Of a DNA stretch of 64,000 nucleotides, positions 1 to 52,145 are shown piece after piece (the first letter of the stretch is position 1; every line of letters begins with the position of its first letter). The notes below the pieces were generated by a model that saw only the letters and a list, made by a program, of their open reading frames with translations, ran no database searches and was not told where the DNA came from. The DNA lies in assembly GCA_030390025.1 (NCBI GenBank), contig CM059431.1:98520001-98584000 (forward strand), in the 5' to 3' direction. The translations under genes were made by a program, and so were the position numbers. The stretch comes from Squalus acanthias (taxonomy: Eukaryota).

Positions 1-3000
1 CTGTCCTCTAGATCAGTGTATCTGTCCCCCTAGATCAGAGTATCTGTCCCTCAAGATCAGTGTATCTTTCCCCCTAGATCAGTGTATCTGTCCCCCTAGA
101 TCAGTGTATCTGTCCCCCTAGATCAGTGTATCTGTCCCCCTAGATCAGTGTATCTTTGCCCCTAGATCAGTGTATCTGTCCCCCTAGATCAGACTATCTG
201 TCCCCCTAGATCAGAGTATCTGTCCCCCTAGATCAGTGTATCTGTCCCCCTAGATCAGAGTATCTGTCCCGCTAGATCAGTGTCTCTGTCCCCCTAGATC
301 AATGTATCTGTCCCACTAGATAAGTGTATCTGTCCCCTAGTTCAGAGTATCTGTCCCCCATATCAGAGTATCTGTCCCCCTAGATCAGAATATCTGTACC
401 CTCGATCAGTGTATCTGTCCCCTAGATCAGAGTATCTGTCCCCCTAGATCAGAGTATCTGTCCCCCTAGATAAGTGTATCTGTCCCCTAGATCAGAGTAT
501 CTGTCCCCAATATCAGAGTATCTGTCCCCCTAGATCAGAATATCTGTACCCTCGATCAGTGTATCTGTCCCCTAGATCAGAGTATCTGTCCCCCTAGATC
601 AGAGTATCTGTCCCCCTAGACCAGAGTATCTGTCCCCCTAGACCAGAGTATCTGTCCCCCTAGATCAGCGTATCTGTCCCCCTAGATCAGTGTATCTGTC
701 CCCCTAGATCAGTGTATCTTTCCCCCTAGATCAGAGTATATGTTCCCCTAGATCAGTGTATCTGTCCTCTAGATCAGTGTATCTGTCCCCTAGATCAGTG
801 TATCTGTCCCCCTAGCTTAGTGTATCTGTCCCCTAGATCAGTGTATCTGTCCCTAGATCAGTGTATCTGTCCCTAGATCAGTGTATCAGTCCCCTAGATC
901 AGTGTATCTGTCCCTAGATCAGTGTATCTGTCCCCCGAGATCAGTGTATCTGTCCCTAGATCAGTGTATCTGTCCCCTAGATCAGTGTTTCTGTCCCTAG
1001 ATCAGTGTATCTGTCCCCCAAATCAGTGTATCTGTACCCTAGATCAGAGTATCTGTCCACCTAGATCAGTGTATCTGTCCCGTAGTCAGTGTATCTGTCC
1101 CCCTAGATCAGAGTATCTGTCCCCCTAGATCAGTGTATCTGTCCCCCTAGATAAGTGTATCTGTCCCCTAGTTCAGAGTATCTGTCCCCCTATATCAGAG
1201 TATCTGTCCCCCGAGATCAGAATATCTGTACCCTCGATCAGTGTATCTGTCCCCTAGATCAGTGTATCTGTCCCCTAGATCAGATTATCTGTCCCCCTAG
1301 ATCAGAGTATCTGTCCCCCTAGATCAGAGTATCTGTCCCCCTAGACCAGAGTATCTGTCCCCCTAGATCAGAGTATCTGTCCCCCTAGATCAGTGTATCT
1401 GTCTCCCTAGATCAGAGTATCTGTCCCCCTAGATCAGTGTATCTTTCCCCCTAGATCAGTGTATCTGTCCCCCTAGATCAGTGTATCTGTCCCCCTAGAT
1501 CAGTGTATCTGTCCCCTAGATCAGTGTATCTTTCCCCCTAGATCAGTGTATCTGTCCCCCTAGATCAGACTATCTGTCCCCTAGATCAGTGTATCTTTCC
1601 CCCTAGATCAGTGTATCTGTCCCCTAGATCAGTGTATCTTTCCCCCTAGATCAGTGTATCTTTCCCCCTAGATCAGTGTATCTGTCCCCCTAGATCAGTG
1701 TATCTGTCCCCCTAGATCAGTGTATCTGTCCCCCTAGATCAGTGTATCTTTCCCCCTAGATCAGTGTATCTGTCCCCCTAGATCAGACTATCTGTCCCCC
1801 TAGATCAGAGTATCTGTCCCCCTAGATCAGTGTATCTGTCCCCCTAGATCAGAGTATCTGTCCCCGCTAGATCAGTGTATCTGTCCCCCTAGATCAGTGT
1901 ATCTGTCCCCTAGATCAATGTATCTGTCCCCCTAGATCAGACTATCTGTCCCCCTAGATCAGAGTATCTGTCCCCTAGATCAGTGTATCTGTCCCCCTAG
2001 ATCAGACTATCTGTCCCCCTAGATCAGAGTATCTGTCCCCCTAGATCAGTGTATCTTTCCCCCTAGATCAGTGTATCTGTCCCCCTAGATCAGTGTATCT
2101 GTCCCCCTAGATCAGTGTATCTCTCCCCCTAGATCAGTGTATCTTTCCCCCTAGATCAGTGTATCTGTCCCCCTAGATCAGACTATCTGTCCCCCTAGAT
2201 CAGAGTATCTGTCCCCCTAGATCAGTGTATCTGTCCCCCTAGATCAGAGTATCTGTCCCGCCAGATCAGTGTATCTGTCCCCCTAGATCAGTGTATCTGT
2301 CCCCTAGATCAATGTATCTGTCCCCCTAGATCAGACTATCTGTCCCCCCAGATCAGTGTATCTGTCCCCCTAGATCAGTGTATCTGTCCTCTAGATCAGT
2401 GTATCTGTCCCCCTAGATCAGAGTATCTGTCCCTCAAGATCAGTGTATCTTTCCCCCTAGATCAGTGTATCTTTCCCCCTAGATCAGTGTATCTGTCCCC
2501 CTCGATCAGACTATCTGTCCCCCTAGATCAGAGTATCTGTCCCCCTAGATCAGTGTATCTGTCCCCCTAGATCAGAGTATCTGTCCTGCTAGATCAGTGT
2601 ATCTGTCCCCCTAGATCAGTGTATCTGTCCCCTAGATCAATGTATCTGTCCCCCTAGATCAGACTATCTGTCCCCCCAGATCAGTGTATCTGTCCCCCTA
2701 GATCAGAGTATCTGTCCCCCTAGATCAGTGTATCTGTCCCCCTAGATCAGTGTATCTGTCCCCCTAGATCAGAGTATATGTCCCCCTAGATCAGTGTATC
2801 TGTCCTCTAGATCAGTGTATCTGTCCCCTAGATCAGTGTATCTGTCCCCCTAGATCAGACTATCTGTCCCCCTAGATCAGAGTATCTGTCCCCCTAGATC
2901 AGTGTATCTTTCCCCCTAGATCAGTGTATCTGTCCCCCTAGATCAGTGTATCTGTCCCCCTAGATCAGTGTATCTCTCCCCCTAGATCAGTGTATCTTTC

Positions 3001-6000
3001 CCCCTAGATCAGTGTATCTGTCCCCCTAGATCAGACTATCTGTCCCCCTAGATCAGAGTATCTGTCCCCCTAGATCAGTGTATCTGTCCCCCTAGATCAG
3101 ACTATCTGTCCCCCTAGATCAGAGTATCTGTCCCGCTAGATCAGTGTATCTGTCCCCCTAGATCAGAGTATCTGTCCCGCTAGATCAGTGTCTCTGTCCC
3201 CCTAGATCAATGTATCTGTCCCACTAGATAAGTGTATCTGTCCCCTAGTTCAGAGTATCTGTCCCCCATATCAGAGTATCTGTCCCCCTAGATCAGAATA
3301 TATGTACCCTCGATCAGTGTATCTGTCCCCTCGATCAGAGTATCTTTCCCCCTAGATCAGAGTATCTGTCCCCCTAGATAAGTGTATCTGTCCCCTAGAT
3401 CAGAGTATCTGTCCCCAATATCAGAGTATCTGTCCCCCTAGATCAGAATATCTGTACCCTCGATCAGTGTATCTGTCCCCTAGATCAGAGTATCTGTCCC
3501 CCTAGATCAGAGTATCTGTCCCCCTAGACCAGAGTATCTGTCCCCCTAGACCAGAGTATCTGTCCCCCTAGATCAGCGTATCTGTCCCCCTAGATCAGTG
3601 TATCTGTCCCCCTAGATCAGTGTATCTTTCCCCCTAGATCAGAGTATATGTCCCCCTAGATCAGTGTATCTGTCCTCTAGATCAGTGTATCTGTCCCCTA
3701 GATCAGTGTATCTGTCCCCCTAGCTTAGTGTATCTGTCCCCTAGATCAGTGTATCTGTCCCTAGATCAGTGTATCTGTCCCTAGATCAGTGTATCAGTCC
3801 CCTAGATCAGTGTATCTATCCCTAGATCAGTGTATCTGTCCCCCGAGATCAGTGTATCTGTCCCTAGATCAGTGTATCTGTCCCCTAGATCAGTGTATCT
3901 GTCCCTAGATCAGTGTATCTGTCCCCCAAATCAGTGTATCTGTACCCTAGATCAGAGTATCTGTCCCCTGGATCAGTGTATCTGTCCACCTAGATCAGTG
4001 TATCTGTCCCGTAATCAGTGTATCTGTCCCCCTAGATCAGAGTATCTGTCCCCCTATATCAGTGTATCTGTCCCCCTAGATCAGTGTATCTGTCCCCCTA
4101 GATAAGTGTATCTGTCCCCTAGTTCAGAGTATCTGTCCCCCTATATCAGAGTATCTGTCCCCCTAGATCAGAATATCTGTACCCTCGATCAGTGTATCTG
4201 TCCCCTAGATCAGTGTATCTGTCCCCTAGATCAGATTATCTTTCCCCCTAGATCAGAGTATCTGTCCCCCTAGACCAGAGTATCTGTCCCCCTAGACCAG
4301 AGTATCTGTCCCCCTAGATCAGAGTATCTGTCCCCCTAGATCAGTGTATCTGTCCCCCTAGATCAGACTATCTGTCCCCCTAGATCAGTGTATCTGTCCC
4401 CCTAGATCAGTGTATCTGTCCCCCTAGATCAGAGTATCTGTCTCCCTAGATCAGAGTATCTGTCCCCCTAGATCAGTGTATCTGTCCCCCTAGATCAGAG
4501 TATCTGTCCCCCTAGATCAGAGTATCTGTCTCCCGCGATCAGAGTATCTGTCCCCCTAGATCAGTGTATCTGTCCCCCTAGATCAGAGTATCTGTCCCCC
4601 TAGATCAGTGTATCTGTCCCCCTAGATCAGTGTATCTGTCCCCCTAGATCAGAGTATATGTCCCCCTAGATCAGTGTATCTGTCCTCTAGATCAGTGTAT
4701 CTGTCCCCTAGATCAGTGTATCTGTCCCCCTAGATCAGACTATCTGTCCCCCTAGATCAGAGTATCTGTCCCCCTAGATCAGTGTATCTTTCCCCCTAGA
4801 TCAGTGTATCTGTCCCCCTAGATCAGTGTATCTGTCCCCCTAGATCAGTGTATCTCTCCCCCTAGATCAGTGTATCTTTCCCCCTAGATCAGTGTATCTG
4901 TCCCCCTAGATCAGACTATCTGTCCCCCTAGATCAGAGTATCTGTCCCCCTAGATCAGTGTATCTGTCCCCCTAGATCAGAGTATCTGTCCCGCCAGATC
5001 AGTGTATCTGTCCCCCTAGATCAGTGTATCTGTCCCCTAGATCAATGTATCTGTCCCCCTAGATCAGACTATCTGTTCCCCCAGATCAGTGTATCTGTCC
5101 CCCTAGATCAGTGTATCTGTCCTCTAGATCAGTGTATCTGTCCCCCTAGATCAGAGTATCTGTCCCTCAAGATCAGTGTATCTTTCCCCCTAGATCAGTG
5201 TATCTGTCCCCCTAGATCAGTGTATCTGTCCCCCTAGATCAGTGTATCTGTCCCCCTAGATCAGTGTATCTTTGCCCCTAGATCAGTGTATCTGTCCCCC
5301 TAGATCAGACTATCTGTCCCCCTAGATCAGAGTATCTGTCCCCCTAGATCAGTGTATCTGTCCCCCTAGATCAGAGTATCTGTCCCGCTAGATCAGTGTC
5401 TCTGTCCCCCTAGATCAATGTATCTGTCCCCCTAGATAAGTTTATCTGTCCCCTAGATCAGAGTATCTGTCCCCAATATCAGAGTATCTGTCCCCCTAGA
5501 TCAGAATATCTGTACCCTCGATCAGTGTATCTGTCCCCTAGATCAGAGTATCTGTCCCCCTAGATCAGAGTATCTGTCCCCCTAGACCAGAGTATCTGTC
5601 CCCCTAGACCAGAGTATCTGTCCCCCTAGATCAGCGTATCTGTCCCCCTAGATCAGTGTATCTGTCCCCCTAGATCAGTGTATCTTTCCCCCTAGATCAG
5701 AGTATATGTTCCCCTAGATCAGTGTATCTGTCCTCTAGATCAGTGTATCTGTCCCCTAGATCAGTGTATCTGTCCCCCTAGCTTAGTGTATCTGTCCCCT
5801 AGATCAGTGTATCTGTCCCTAGATCAGTGTATCTGTCCCTAGATCAGTGTATCAGTCCCCTAGATCAGTGTATCTGTCCCTAGATCAGTGTATCTGTCCC
5901 CCGAGATCAGTGTATCTGTCCCTAGATCAGTGTATCTGTCCCCTAGATCAGTGTTTCTGTCCCTAGATCAGTGTATCTGTCCCCCAAATCAGTGTATCTG

Positions 6001-9000
6001 TACCCTAGATCAGAGTATCTGTCCACCTAGATCAGTGTATCTGTCCCGTAGTCAGTGTATCTGTCCCCCTAGATCAGAGTATCTGTCCCCCTAGATCAGT
6101 GTATCTGTCCCCCTAGATAAGTGTATCTGTCCCCTAGTTCAGAGTATCTGTCCCCCTATATCAGAGTATCTGTCCCCCTAGATCAGAATATCTGTACCCT
6201 CGATCAGTGTATCTGTCCCCTAGATCAGTGTATCTGTCCCCTAGATCAGATTATCTGTCCCCCTAGATCAGAGTATCTGTCCCCCTAGATCAGAGTATCT
6301 GTCCCCCTAGACCAGAGTATCTGTCCCCCTAGATCAGACTATCTGTCCCCCTAGATCAGTGTATCTGTCTCCCTAGATCAGAGTATCTGTCCCCCTAGAT
6401 CAGTGTATCTTTCCCCCTAGATCAGTGTATCTGTCCCCCTAGATCAGTGTATCTGTCCCCCTAGATCAGTGTATCTGTCCCCTAGATCAGTGTATCTTTC
6501 CCCCTAGATCAGTGTATCTGTCCCCCTAGATCAGACTATCTGTCCCCTAGATCAGTGTATCTTTCCCCCTCGATCAGTGTATCTGTCCCCTAGATCAGTG
6601 TATCTTTCCCCCTAGATCAGTGTATCTTTCCCCCTAGATCAGTGTATCTGTCCCCCTAGATCAGTGTATCTGTCCCCCTAGATCAGTGTATCTGTCCCCC
6701 TAGATCAGTGTATCTTTCCCCCTAGATCAGTGTATCTGTCCCCCTAGATCAGACTATCTGTCCCCCTAGATCAGAGTATCTGTCCCCCTAGATCAGTGTA
6801 TCTGTCCCCCTAGATCAGAGTATCTGTCCTGCTAGATCAGAGTATCTGTCCCCCTAGATCAGTGTATCTGTCCCCTAGATCAATGTATCTGTCCCCCTAG
6901 ATCAGAGTATCTGTCCCCCTAGATCAGAGTATCTGTCCCCCTAGATCAGTGTATCTGTCCCCCTAGATCAGTGTATCTGTCCCCCTAGATCAGAGTATAT
7001 GTCCCCCTAGATCAGTGTATCTGTCCTCTAGATCAGTGTATCTGTCCCCTAGATCAGTGTATCTGTCCCCCTAGATCAGACTATCTGTCCCCCTAGATCA
7101 GAGTATCTGTCCCCCTAGATCAGTGTATCTTTCCCCCTAGATCAGTGTATCTGTCCCCCTAGATCAGTGTATCTGTCCCCCTAGATCAGTGTATCTCTCC
7201 CCCTAGATCAGTGTATCTTTCCCCCTAGATCAGTGTATCTGTCCCCCTAGATCAGACTATCTGTCCCCCTAGATCAGAGTATCTGTCCCCCTAGATCAGT
7301 GTATCTGTCCCCCTAGATCAGAGTATCTGTCCCGCCAGATCAGTGTATCTGTCCCCCTAGATCAGTGTATCTGTCCCCTAGATCAATGTATCTGTCCCCC
7401 TAGATCAGACTATCTGTCCCCCCAGATCAGTGTATCTGTCCCCCTAGATCAGTGTATCTGTCCTCTAGATCAGTGTATCTGTCCCCCTAGATCAGAGTAT
7501 CTGTCCCTCAAGATCAGTGTATCTTTCCCCCTAGATCAGTGTAACTGTCCCCCTAGATCAGTGTATCTGTCCCCCTAGATCAGTGTATCTGTCCCCCTAG
7601 ATCAGTGTATCTTTGCCCCTAGATCAGTGTATCTGTCCCCCTAGATCAGACTATCTGTCCCCCTAGATCAGAGTATCTGTCCCCCTAGATCAGTGTATCT
7701 GTCCCCCTAGATCAGAGTATCTGTCCCGCTAGATCAGTGTCTCTGTCCCCCTAGATCAATGTATCTGTCCCACTAGATAAGTGTATCTGTCCCCTAGTTC
7801 AGAGTATCTGTCCCCCATATCAGAGTATCTGTCCCCCTAGATCAGAATATCTGTACCCTCGATCAGTGTATCTGTCCCCTAGATCAGAGTATCTTTCCCC
7901 CTAGATCAGAGTATCTGTCCCCCTAGATAAGTGTATCTGTCCCCTAGATCAGAGTATCTGTCCCCAATATCAGAGTATCTGTCCCCCTAGATCAGAATAT
8001 CTGTACCCTCGATCAGTGTATCTGTCCCTAGATCAGAGTATCTGTCCCCCTAGATCAGAGTATCTGTCCCCCTAGACCAGAGTATCTGTCCCCCTAGACC
8101 AGAGTATCTGTCCCCCTAGATCAGCGTATCTGTCCCCCTAGATCAGTGTATCTGTCCCCCAGATCAGTGTATCTTTCCTCCTAGATCAGAGTATATGTCC
8201 CCCTAGATCAGTGTATCTGTCCTCTAGATCAGTGTATCTGTCCCCTAGATCAGTGTATCTGTCCCCCTAGCTTAGTGTATCTGTCCCCTAGATCAGTGTA
8301 TCTGTCCCTAGATCAGTGTATCTGTCCCTAGATCAGTGTATCAGTCCCCTAGATCAGTGTATCTGTCCCTAGATCAGTGTATCTGTCCCCCGAGATCAGT
8401 GTATCTGTCCCTAGATCAGTGTATCTGTCCCCTAGATCAGTGTATCTGTCCCTAGATCAGTGTATCTGTCCCCCAAATCAGTGTATCTGTACCCTAGATC
8501 AGAGTATCTGTCCCCTGGATCAGTGTATCTGTCCACCTAGATCAGTGTATCTGTCCCGTAATCAGTGTATCTGTCCCCCTAGATCAGAGTATCTGTCCCC
8601 CTAGATCAGTGTATCTGTCCCCCTAGATCAGTGTATCTGTCCCCCTAGATAAGTGTATCTGTCCCCTAGTTCAGAGTATCTGTCCCCCTATATCAGAGTA
8701 TCTGTCCCCCTAGATCAGAATATCTGTACCTTCGATCAGTGTATCTGTCCCCTCGATCAGTGTATCTGTCCCCTAGATCAGATTATCTTTCCCCCTAGAT
8801 CAGAGTATCTGTCCCCCTAGACCAGAGTATCTGTCCCCCTAGACCAGAGTATCTGTCCCCCTAGATCAGAGTATCTGTCCCCCTAGATCAGTGTATCTGT
8901 CTCCCTAGATCAGAGTATCTGTCCCCCTAGATCAGTGTATCTTTCCCCCTAGATCAGTGTATCTGTCCCCCTAGATCAGTGTATCTGTCCCCCTAGATCA

Positions 9001-12000
9001 GTGTATCTGTCCCCTAGATCAGTGTATCTTTCCCCCTAGATCAGTGTATCTGTCCCCCTAGATCAGACTATCTGTCCCCCTAGATCAGAGTATCTGTCCC
9101 CCTAGATCAGTGTATCTGTCCCCCTAGATCAGAGTATCTGTCTCCCTAGATCAGAGTATCTGTCCCCCTAGATCAGTGTATCTGTCCCCCTAGATCAGAG
9201 TATCTGTCCCCCTAGATCAGAGTATCTGTCTCCCTAGATCAGAGTATCTGTCCCCCTAGATCAGTGTATCTGTCCCCCTAGATCAGTGTATCTGTCCCCC
9301 TAGATCAGTGTATCTTTCCCCCTAGATCAGTGTATCTGTCCCCCTAGATCAGACTATCTGTCCCCCTAGATCAGAGTATCTGTCCCCCTAGATCAGTGTA
9401 TCTGTCCCCCTAGATCAGAGTATCTGTCCCGCTAGATCAGTGTATCTGTCCCCCTAGATCAGTGTATCTGTCCCCTAGATCAATGTATCTGTCCCCCTAG
9501 ATCAGACTATCTGTCCCCCCAGATCAGTGTATCTGTCCCCCTAGATCAGTGTATCTGTCCTCTAGATCAGTGTATCTGTCCCCCTAGATCAGAGTATCTG
9601 TCCCCCAAGATCAGTGTATCTTTCCCCCTAGATCAGTGTATCTGTCCCCCTAGATCAGTGTATCTGTCCCCCTAGATCAGTGTATCTTTGCCCCTAGATC
9701 AGTGTATCTGTCCCCCTAGATCAGACTATCTGTCCCCCTAGATCAGAGTATCTGTCCCCCTAGATCAGTGTATCTGTCCCCCTAGATCAGTGTATCTGTC
9801 CCACTAGATAAGTGTATCTGTCCCCTAGTTCAGAGTATCTGTCCCCCATATCAGAGTATCTGACCCCCTAGATCAGAATATCTGTACCCTCGATCAGTGT
9901 ATCTGTCCCCTAGATCAGAGTATCTGTCCCCCTAGATCAGAGTATCTGTCCCCCTAGATAAGTGTATCTGTCCCCTAGATCAGAGTATCTGTCCCCCATA
10001 TCAGAGTATCTGTCCCCCTAGATCAGAATATCTGTACCCTCGATCAGTGTATCTGTCCCCTGGATCAGAGTATCTGTCCCCCTAGATCAGAGTATCTGTC
10101 CCCCTAGACCAGAGTATCTGTCCCCCTAGACCAGAGTATCTGTCCCCCTAGATCAGCGTATCTGTCCCCCTAGATCAGTGTATCTGTCCCCCTAGATCAG
10201 TGTATCTTTCCCCCTAGATCAGAGTATATGTCCCCCTAGATCAGTGTATCTGTCCTCTAGATCAGTGTATCTGTCCCCTAGATCAGTGTATCTGTCCCCC
10301 TAGCTTAGTGTATCTGTCCCCTAGATCAGTGTATCTGTCCCTAGATCAGTGTATCTGTCCCTAGATCAGTGTATCAGTCCCCTAGATCAGTGTATCTGTC
10401 CCTAGATCAGTGTATCTGTCCCCCGAGATCAGTGTATCTGTCCCTAGATCAGTGTATCTGTCCCCTAGATCAGTGTATCTGTCCCTAGATCAGTGTATCT
10501 GTCCCCCAAATCAGTGTATCTGTACCCTAGATCAGAGTATCTGTCCACCTAGATCAGTGTATCTGTCCCGTAGTCAGTGTATCTGTCCCCCTAGATCAGA
10601 GTATCTGTCCCCCTAGATCAGTGTATCTGTCCCCCTAGATAAGTGTATCTGTCCCCTAGTTCAGAGTATCTGTCCCCCTATATCAGAGTATCTGTCCCCC
10701 TAGATCAGAATATCTGTACCCTCGATCAGTGTATCTGTCCCCTAGATCAGTGTATCTGTCCCCTAGATCAGATTATCTGTCCCCCTAGATCAGAGTATCT
10801 GTCCCCCTAGACCAGAGTATCTGTCCCCCTAGACCAGAGTATCTGTCCCCCTAGATCAGAGTATCTGTCCCCCTAGATCAGTGTATCTGTCTCCCTAGAT
10901 CAGAGTATCTGTCCCCCTAGATCAGTGTATCTTTCCCCCTAGATCAGTGTATCTGTCCCCCTAGATCAGTGTATCTGTCCCCCTAGATCAGTGTATCTGT
11001 CCCCCTAGATCAGTGTATCTTTCCCCCTAGATCAGTGTATCTGTCCCCCTAGATCAGACTATCTGTCCCCCCAGATCAGTGTATCTGTCCCCCTAGATCA
11101 GTGTATCTGTCCTCTAGATCAGTGTATCTGTCCCCCTAGATCAGAGTATCTGTCCCCCAAGATCAGTGTATCTTTCCCCCTAGATCAGTGTATCTGTCCC
11201 CCTAGATCAGTGTATCTGTCCCCCTAGATCAGTGTATCTTTGCCCCTAGATCAGTGTATCTGTCCCCCTAGATCAGACTATCTGTCCCCCTAGATCAGAG
11301 TATCTGTCCCCCTAGATCAGTGTATCTGTCCCCCTAGATCAGTGTATCTGTCCCACTAGATAAGTGTATCTGTCCCCTAGTTCAGAGTATCTGTCCCCCA
11401 TATCAGAGTATCTGTCCCCCTAGATCAGAATATCTGTACCCTCGATCAGTGTATCTGTCCCCTAGATCAGAGTATCTGTCCCCCTAGATCAGAGTATCTG
11501 TCCCCCTAGATAAGTGTATCTGTCCCCTAGATCAGAGTATCTGTCCCCCATATCAGAGTATCTGTCCCCCTAGATCAGAATATCTGTACCCTCGATCAGT
11601 GTATCTGTCCCCTGGATCAGAGTATCTGTCCCCCTAGATCAGAGTATCTGTCCCCCTAGACCAGAGTATCTGTCCCCCTAGACCAGAGTATCTGTCCCCC
11701 TAGATAAGCGTATCTGTCCCCCTAGATCAGTGTATCTGTCCCCCTAGATCAGTGTATCTTTCCCCCTAGATCAGAGTATATGTCCCCCTAGATCAGTGTA
11801 TCTGTCCTCTAGATCAGTGTATCTGTCCCCTAGATCAGTGTATCTGTCCCCCTAGCTTAGTGTATCTGTCCCCTAGATCAGTGTATCTGTCCCTAGATCA
11901 GTGTATCTGTCCCTAGATCAGTGTATCAGTCCCCTAGATCAGTGTATCTGTCCCTAGATCAGTGTATCTGTCCCCCGAGATCAGTGTATCTGTCCCTAGA

Positions 12001-13345
12001 TCAGTGTATCTGTCCCCTAGATCAGTGTATCTGTCCCTAGATCAGTGTATCTGTCCCCCAAATCAGTGTATCTGTACCCTAGATCAGAGTATCTGTCCAC
12101 CTAGATCAGTGTATCTGTCCCGTAGTCAGTGTATCTGTCCCCCTAGATCAGAGTATCTGTCCCCCTAGATCAGTGTATCTGTCCCCCTAGATAAGTGTAT
12201 CTGTCCCCTAGTTCAGAGTATCTGTCCCCCTATATCAGAGTATCTGTCCCCCTAGATCAGAATATCTGTACCCTCGATCAGTGTATCTGTCCCCTAGATC
12301 AGTGTATCTGTCCCCTAGATCAGATTATCTGTCCCCCTAGATCAGAGTATCTGTCCCCCTAGACCAGAGTATCTGTCCCCCTAGACCAGAGTATCTGTCC
12401 CCCTAGATCAGAGTATCTGTCCCCCTAGATCAGTGTATCTGTCTCCCTAGATCAGAGTATCTGTCCCCCTAGATCAGTGTATCTTTCCCCCTAGATCAGT
12501 GTATCTGTCCCCCTAGATCAGTGTATCTGTCCCCCTAGATCAGTGTATCTGTCCCCTAGATCAGTGTATCTTTCCCCCTAGATCAGTGTATCTGTCCCCC
12601 TAGATCAGACTATCTGTCCCCTAGATCAGTGTATCTTTCCCCCTCGATCAGTGTATCTGTCCCCTAGATCAGTGTATCTTTCCCCCTAGATCAGTGTATC
12701 TTTCCCCCTAGATCAGTGTATCTGTCCCCCTAGATCAGTGTATCTGTCCCCCTAGATCAGTGTATCTGTCCCCCTAGATCAGTGTATCTTTCCCCCTAGA
12801 TCAGTGTATCTGTCCCCCTAGATCAGACTATCTGTCCCCCTAGATCAGAGTATCTGTCCCCCTAGATCAGTGTATCTGTCCCCCTAGATCAGAGTATCTG
12901 TCCTGCTAGATCAGTGTATCTGTCCCCCTAGATCAGTGTATCTGTCCCCTAGATCAATGTATCTGTCCCCCTAGATCAGACTATCTGTCCCCCCAGATCA
13001 GTGTATCTGTCCCCCTAGATCAGAGTATCTGTCCCCCTAGATCAGTGTATCTGTCCCCCTAGATCAGTGTATCTGTCCCCCTAGATCAGAGTATATGTCC
13101 CCCTAGATCAGTGTATCTGTCCTCTAGATCAGTGTATCTGTCCCCTAGATCAGTGTATCTGTCCCCCTAGATTAGTGTATCTGTCCCCCTCGATTAGTGT
13201 ATCTGTCCCCTAGATCAGTGTATCTGTCCCTAGATCAGTGTATCTGTCCCCCTATATCATTTTATCTGTCCCCCTAGATCAGTGTATCTGACCCCCTAGA
13301 TCAGAGTATCTGTCCCCCTAGATCAGAGTATCTGTCCCGTAGATC
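1..13345. repeat. Satellite array, ~22-bp monomer TAGATCAGTGTATCTGTCCCCC (20-22 bp variants), roughly 600 copies, runs off the left edge
   Basis: Uninterrupted tandem monomers; diagnostic variant blocks recur at 1.5-2.9 kb spacing. Confidence 0.98.
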
Positions 13346-13749
13346 CAACGCAACCCATGGCTCTAGAGCGAATCTGCAGCTAGTGCCGGGATAGATCGCT
13401 ACTAAGCAGAATGCCTTACGACCCCTCCAAAGGAAGCCCTGATCCGGAACTGATGCACAGGACTTGGCCGATCAACTTGAAACAGGAGGCAGCAGCGCCC
13501 TGCTTCAGAGAGTCTGGCTTGGTCACTACTGCGGATAAGCACAAAGGGAAGCTCCTGGATCCCGGCTGGCTTCTGCAGAACAACCGCAAATAGGCCTGGC
13601 AACTGCTCCCATATTGATGCCCGTTGAATGGTTTGGCACAGTCCCGGGTCAGGGGTCAGAAACCCTTCCCCAGTATAATCCAATACAAAAGGCAGTGCAG
13701 CCACAGGCAATGGATCAGGACTTCCAGCCAATAGTCACTACTGGATGGT

Positions 13750-13960
13750 GTGTTGTGATCTGTTGCATGGCAATCTACTGGATCGCTATCTACTGCACTG
13801 TGATCTACTGGGTAATTATCTACTGTGTGGTGATCCACTGCATGGTGATCTATGGAGGGGGGTGATTCATTGTTTAGTGATCTATTGGATCAGGATCCAC
13901 TACATGATGTACTGTGTGGTGATCTACTGGATTATGATCCACTGGATCTTGATCTACGAT
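13750..13960. repeat. Degenerate ~15-bp tandem repeat (GTGATCTACTG core)
   Basis: GATCT/CACTG-like motif recurs about every 15 bp, producing VIY/C-rich ORFs. Confidence 0.75.
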
Positions 13961-14612
13961 GTGGCAATCAGCAGGTTAATCAACATTAAGCATACAAAAC
14001 CAACCATTTTATGAACAGCACGCTTTAAGCATCTTAGTCTTAGAAAATTGTATTGTGACTTTTTGCTAGATGCTCTCGTTATGTGAAGTATATTTCCATA
14101 CATTTTGACATACCATACAGTGTTTACAGCTGCACGATTATGATATAACAAAGTACATGTACCGTATTTTATATAAGCTGCATTTGAAAAGTGTTAAGTA
14201 CATGATCAGTCACTGTGATTGGTGTACGGATTATAGTAGGTTAAGCATCCTTGCAGACCCATAGCGACAAAACCCCGATATTCCCTGCCAGGGTTGATCT
14301 GCCCCCGTTTAATCCCGATTCCCAGTTAATTGAATTTTTTTTTCTCTGGTTAAAATTGATTGTAATTAAAAAGAGGAGTTGGCAGCCTTTAATCCGTAGC
14401 CAGTGTCCCCGTTACAAACGCCTTGTCACACATCCTTGTATTTCAATATCTCACGAGCCTTCGCTACTGAACCACCTTGCTTTCGTATCACTCCCTCAAC
14501 CTCCCGCCCCACAGTTAAAGCTACAGGAAACAGCCGCCTCAGTTCTTGGAATAAAGAGAGAGAATGTCTTTGGTGCAGCAAACACTCAGAGAGAAGGGTA
14601 AGTGTCACTTTG

Positions 14613-52145
<37,533 letters not shown>

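Noticed and set aside
922..12168. Six near-identical 68-91 aa ORFs (MYLSPEISVSVPR...)
   Set aside because: Translations of the satellite's higher-order block, with non-ATG starts; not a gene family.
13411..13593. Stand-alone 60-aa ORF MPYDPSKG...
   Set aside because: No recognisable domain and no support beyond ORF length.
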